From: Antedon mediterranea
Taxonomy: Eukaryota > Animalia > Echinodermata
Length of the DNA stretch: 64,000 bases
Direction of reading: 5' to 3'
Assembly: GCF_964355755.1 (NCBI RefSeq)
Contig: NC_092678.1
Location: 19,609,365-19,673,364 of the forward strand
A program made the position numbers and the translations under genes. The notes beneath the pieces are model-generated. The model did not search any database. It was not told the origin of the DNA and was given only the letters and a program-made list of their open reading frames with translations. Shown here piece after piece: positions 60,454-64,000 of the stretch. Within the stretch, counting starts at the first letter, position 1; every line of letters begins with the position of its first letter.

Positions 60454-61382
60454 GAGCGCCACCTATCAATTTAAACATTGTAAACAATCGGTAGGCTTAT
60501 CAAGTGCTGCTTTTGCAAAATGTATTGTAAATAGTACATTCTGAATATACGGCACTACAATATCAGTAGAATCTGATATTGTATTATATTATAGTAATAG
60601 TAGTAGTATAATAATAAAACATAATTATTTTAAAATAGTAGGAAAATATGAAAAAAAAAATATATGGTAACTTTATTTTGGTAACATAATGTATTGAAAT
60701 GAACATTATCTTGTATGCAGTTTTTTTTTAAATTTTTTTAATTAAGAATAAAATTTAAAAAAATTAAAAGAAAAATTATAGGCCTATTTGAAAAAATTAA
60801 AAAAAAACGACTGAAAAATTATATTTATTGTAGTATTAGTATTTTCAGTTCCAAGGCAATATAATTTTCCCTTAAGTTATAGATGAAAATATCACAAAGG
60901 TAAAGTACAGTGCAGGCCTTTTAAAAGGGCAGATCACCCCTTGAGTAAAGGACAATCTAAGTGTTTTCATATTATTACCGACTATGTCACAACCACTTGA
61001 AATTACCCATCTAAATTATTGTTCTGTGGCAATGTTCTATCTACACAAGATGGATTGAAACAGGCTGATTTTCATACAATTCATTGAAATTGTACCGTAT
61101 TTATTCCTAAATATTTATTTATTTATTTAATTTGCACATGATTTTTGCAGGACAAATAAAAATTAAAAAAACAAAAACACTTGTTTTTAGTACGCTTCTG
61201 CCAAATAAATAAATAAAATACATAATTAAATACAATACTTGGTAACAAAAATGAATAAGTCTACTATAAAAAAATTGAATTTCCTATATAATATAAAAAT
61301 TGTTACATTTTGTTTTTTAAACGGTTTTAAAAAAACAATAAACAAAAGCGAATACAATTCAATACCATCAATAACACTATAC

Positions 61383-61982
61383 CAAAGAACTTATAACACA
61401 AGAATCTCCTGTTCGTCCGAAGCGCGTAACAATTTCGAAAAGCATTGTGGGATAGAATAGAGCTATGGGTGGCGCCATTGTAAGCCATGGAGTAGGGCGC
61501 CCGCATCAAATTAGAAAGTCAAAATCATAGAGGGGATCTGCTAATACTCTAGGGGGTATAGAGTAATTGACTGAGGAGTAGGGCGCCTGCATCAAATTAG
61601 AAAGTCAAAATCATAGAGGGGATCTGCTAATACTCTAGGGGGTATAGAGTAATTGACTGAGGAGTAGGGCGCCTGCATCAAATTAGAAAGTCAAAATCAT
61701 AGAGGGGATCTGCTAATGCTCTAGGGAAGATAGAGTAATTGACTGAGGAGTAGGGCGCCCGCATCAAATTAGAAAGTCAAAATCATAGAGGGGATCAGCT
61801 AATACTCTAGGGGGGTGGGGGGGGGGGGGGAGGATAGAGTAATTGACTTCCTAGTTTGGAGGGGGCGCTGCTCCATGCTGTGAAATGGCGTCGCCCAGTT
61901 TGACCTTTTAACCCTGTACTTCCGATACTGTGTTTTGAATGCAAATTGAAGAACAGGAGATTCTTGTGTTATAAGTTCTTTG
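61383..61982. mobile_element. 600-bp P-element-like MITE
   Basis: Perfect 32-bp TIR CAAAGAACTTATAACACAAGAATCTCCTGTTC and a 7-bp TSD ACTATAC (61376-61382 and 61983-61989). Confidence 0.85.
61489..61847. repeat. Minisatellite, 4 x 86 bp, inside the P-like MITE
   Basis: The unit ggagtagggcgcc...gagtaattgactga starts at 61489, 61575, 61661 and 61747. Confidence 0.95.
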
Positions 61983-62729
61983 ACTATACCTACAACAATT
62001 TAAAAATCCAGAATACAAAACGAGTTTCATTTTTTATTCATTTACAAGAATTTATCTTTTTAAATTATTTTAATGAAATTATTGTATATAAGTTGTATAA
62101 TGTAATGTGTAATAATTATTATAATAAATATAATGGCTATTAAGTTGGAATTGTTATACATTTTCTGTATAATTAGGAACATTTAATAGTGTGTATATAT
62201 TGTAAAAAACTTACAAATAAACAGAAGAATCAGGTATCTTTAAATATAATATTTATTTTTATGGATGATTAAAATACTTGTAATTGACTAGAATGAGTGT
62301 TAATTTTTGTGTTCGTTTTTAAAAATGTTGTAAATCGACTAAGAGAGATAACGATGCGTTCCACTCCATAACACATGTACATGAATTTAAAATAATATAT
62401 TAACAGGAGCATGTGGAGAACGACACGTGGATGCATTTGGATAAAGCAATTGGGCCAGTCACGTTTTGCGAATATGGCACGCATTCGATGCATTAATATA
62501 TTTAATGATCTACCTTGACATTTATGATGGCAGCTTATACATGATAAATATAAATATACTGTAAAGTATAAACATGTGATGTTGACATGTGACATGTGAA
62601 AGTAGTTCTTCAAAACACGTTTACAAAGCACCCCCTCCCTCGCCAATTTCTCTAGAAGGAGACAAAACAACAAACAGAGGGCGCATTGTGGCAAGAAAAC
62701 ATGACGATTACGACAGGAAGCGTGGGCCT

Positions 62730-63075
62730 ATAATGAATTTTTACTCAATGGTATATAAAGTTGGTTCAGCACTAATTGTAACCACCTAATGTAACCCTGT
62801 TTATTAATCAATGATTTACCCCAAATAGGGGTTTTTTCCGATCATGATGATATACCGTACACTGTCTACACACAATAATACGATCTCCTTTTACGATAAT
62901 TGTTTTTAATAGCTGAAAATTGGTTAAACAGCTCGAGTACAGCATCATAATGTTGAAGACAAGTCGATTTTCTTTAAAATACTATTTTAATACACGTTTA
63001 TGCAAACGTATTGCTTAGCGATAAATGGAACATTCCAATCTATCAGTCTACAGTATAAATATTTGGTTTATACCA
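62730..63075 (+). mobile_element. Decayed Helitron family A fragment
   Basis: Homologous to ~640-1070 (atggtatataaagttggttc...cagcatcataatgttgaagac). Confidence 0.75.
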
Positions 63076-63171
63076 TGCGCCCTCATCGGTTGATTGTTAA
63101 ACAGAGTTTTTCTCACACGCAGTTGATCATTACTGATGAGACATAACACGAAAACTTAAAGCGACATCAGC

Positions 63172-63627
63172 ATGACGTTAGCACGAGTAATCCTCTTTGG
63201 AATTATATTTTCTATCAATGTGGTATCCTTGTCTGCGTTGGAAAAAATAACACTTGGCGGGCTTTTTCCAGTCAGCAACCGGGGTGAGGGTGACATTGAT
63301 TGCGGGAGTATTAACAACGTTGGTTTACAACGCCTCGAAGGAATGCTGTTCGCTTTGGACCTGATCAACGCCGACCCGAGCTTGCTCCCAGGGGTGTCCC
63401 TCGGAGCGCGATTGTATGACACGTGTAAGCGGGAAACATACGCGCTGGAGCAGACGATTGAAATGATTAGTTATGACCTGCAACAGGATTCGAGCGCGTA
63501 CGTATGTCCAAATGGAAGTGCTGCTGTCCGCGTAGAAGACCAAGCGGGCCAGTCTGTTACTGGTGTAGTAGGGGCTGCTAGTAGTTCAATATCACAGCCA
63601 GTTGCTAGTATACTACGACTTTTCCAG
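63172..63627 (+). CDS. GRM: Second metabotropic glutamate receptor paralogue, first coding exon (continues beyond the window)
   Basis: Signal peptide, LGGLFPV, GLQRLEGMLFA, DTCKRETYALEQ and VVGAASSSIS. The donor CAG|GTAAGT is at the same codon position as in the first GRM. Confidence 0.92.
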
Positions 63628-63695
63628 GTAAGTAGTGAGTAGTCTAATATTTGATGGTTAGTGTTCATGGTACCGTACTTACCGTGGCAAGTAAA

Positions 63696-63863
63696 AGCTG
63701 TGTTCCCACTGGGACGCAGCGCAAGGACGTTACGCGCAATAACGCAATAAAGTTGACTAAATTAAGCGTTCGAATCCATCGCTCGTAATGGTTAAATGAC
63801 TTGCCTTGCGCTCACTTTCTCAAGTTACGTCCTTGCGTTGCTTCCCATTGTGGGAGCCAAACT
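63696..63863. mobile_element. Harbinger-like MITE related to 54957-55135
   Basis: agctgtgttcccactg...cgcaaggacgt...acgtccttgcgttg...gtgggagccaaact. Confidence 0.65.
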
Positions 63864-64000
63864 TTATTTTAGATTTTTATTTGAACGGTGACTATTTGGT
63901 TGCAATTGTTACGGAAATATTCAAGTTTAGAATAATTATTTGTTATTATTAGATATTATGTCTCTGATTCATAGAAACAATAACACAAATATAATTTCAA

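Noticed and set aside
63133-63160. Hammerhead-like CTGATGA...GAAA upstream of the second GRM ATG
   Set aside because: Stem II cannot pair and stems I and III are missing, so this is a chance match.

Overview
AT-rich, intron-containing animal genomic DNA. The repeat content looks like an invertebrate deuterostome, possibly an echinoderm, but that is inference. Genes: (i) the first six coding exons of an IMPDH gene on the minus strand (2806-13137), continuing left of the window; (ii) four apparently intact 5-exon METTL27/WBSCR27-like methyltransferase paralogues on the minus strand (16094-45777); (iii) a complete 8-exon metabotropic glutamate receptor gene (50584-60453) and the first coding exon of a tandem paralogue (63172-63627). 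A full-length Ty3/Gypsy LTR retrotransposon (19310-27665) sits 95 nt upstream of the start codon of the most divergent METTL27-like copy. It has 842-bp LTRs that look identical, a CTAT TSD, a tRNA-His PBS and a -1 frameshift pseudoknot. The remaining sequence is mostly non-autonomous transposons (Helitron, Helentron-like, Kolobok-like, hAT, P-like, Harbinger-like MITEs), SINEs (including a composite 5S+tRNA+CORE SINE) and minisatellites. The most unusual signal is a pervasive set of tiny TA-flanked insertions (TAGGCCTA, TACAGTA, TACCGTA and others) that differ between paralogous copies and look like DNA-transposon excision footprints. All calls were made by eye from the sequence; no searches were run.
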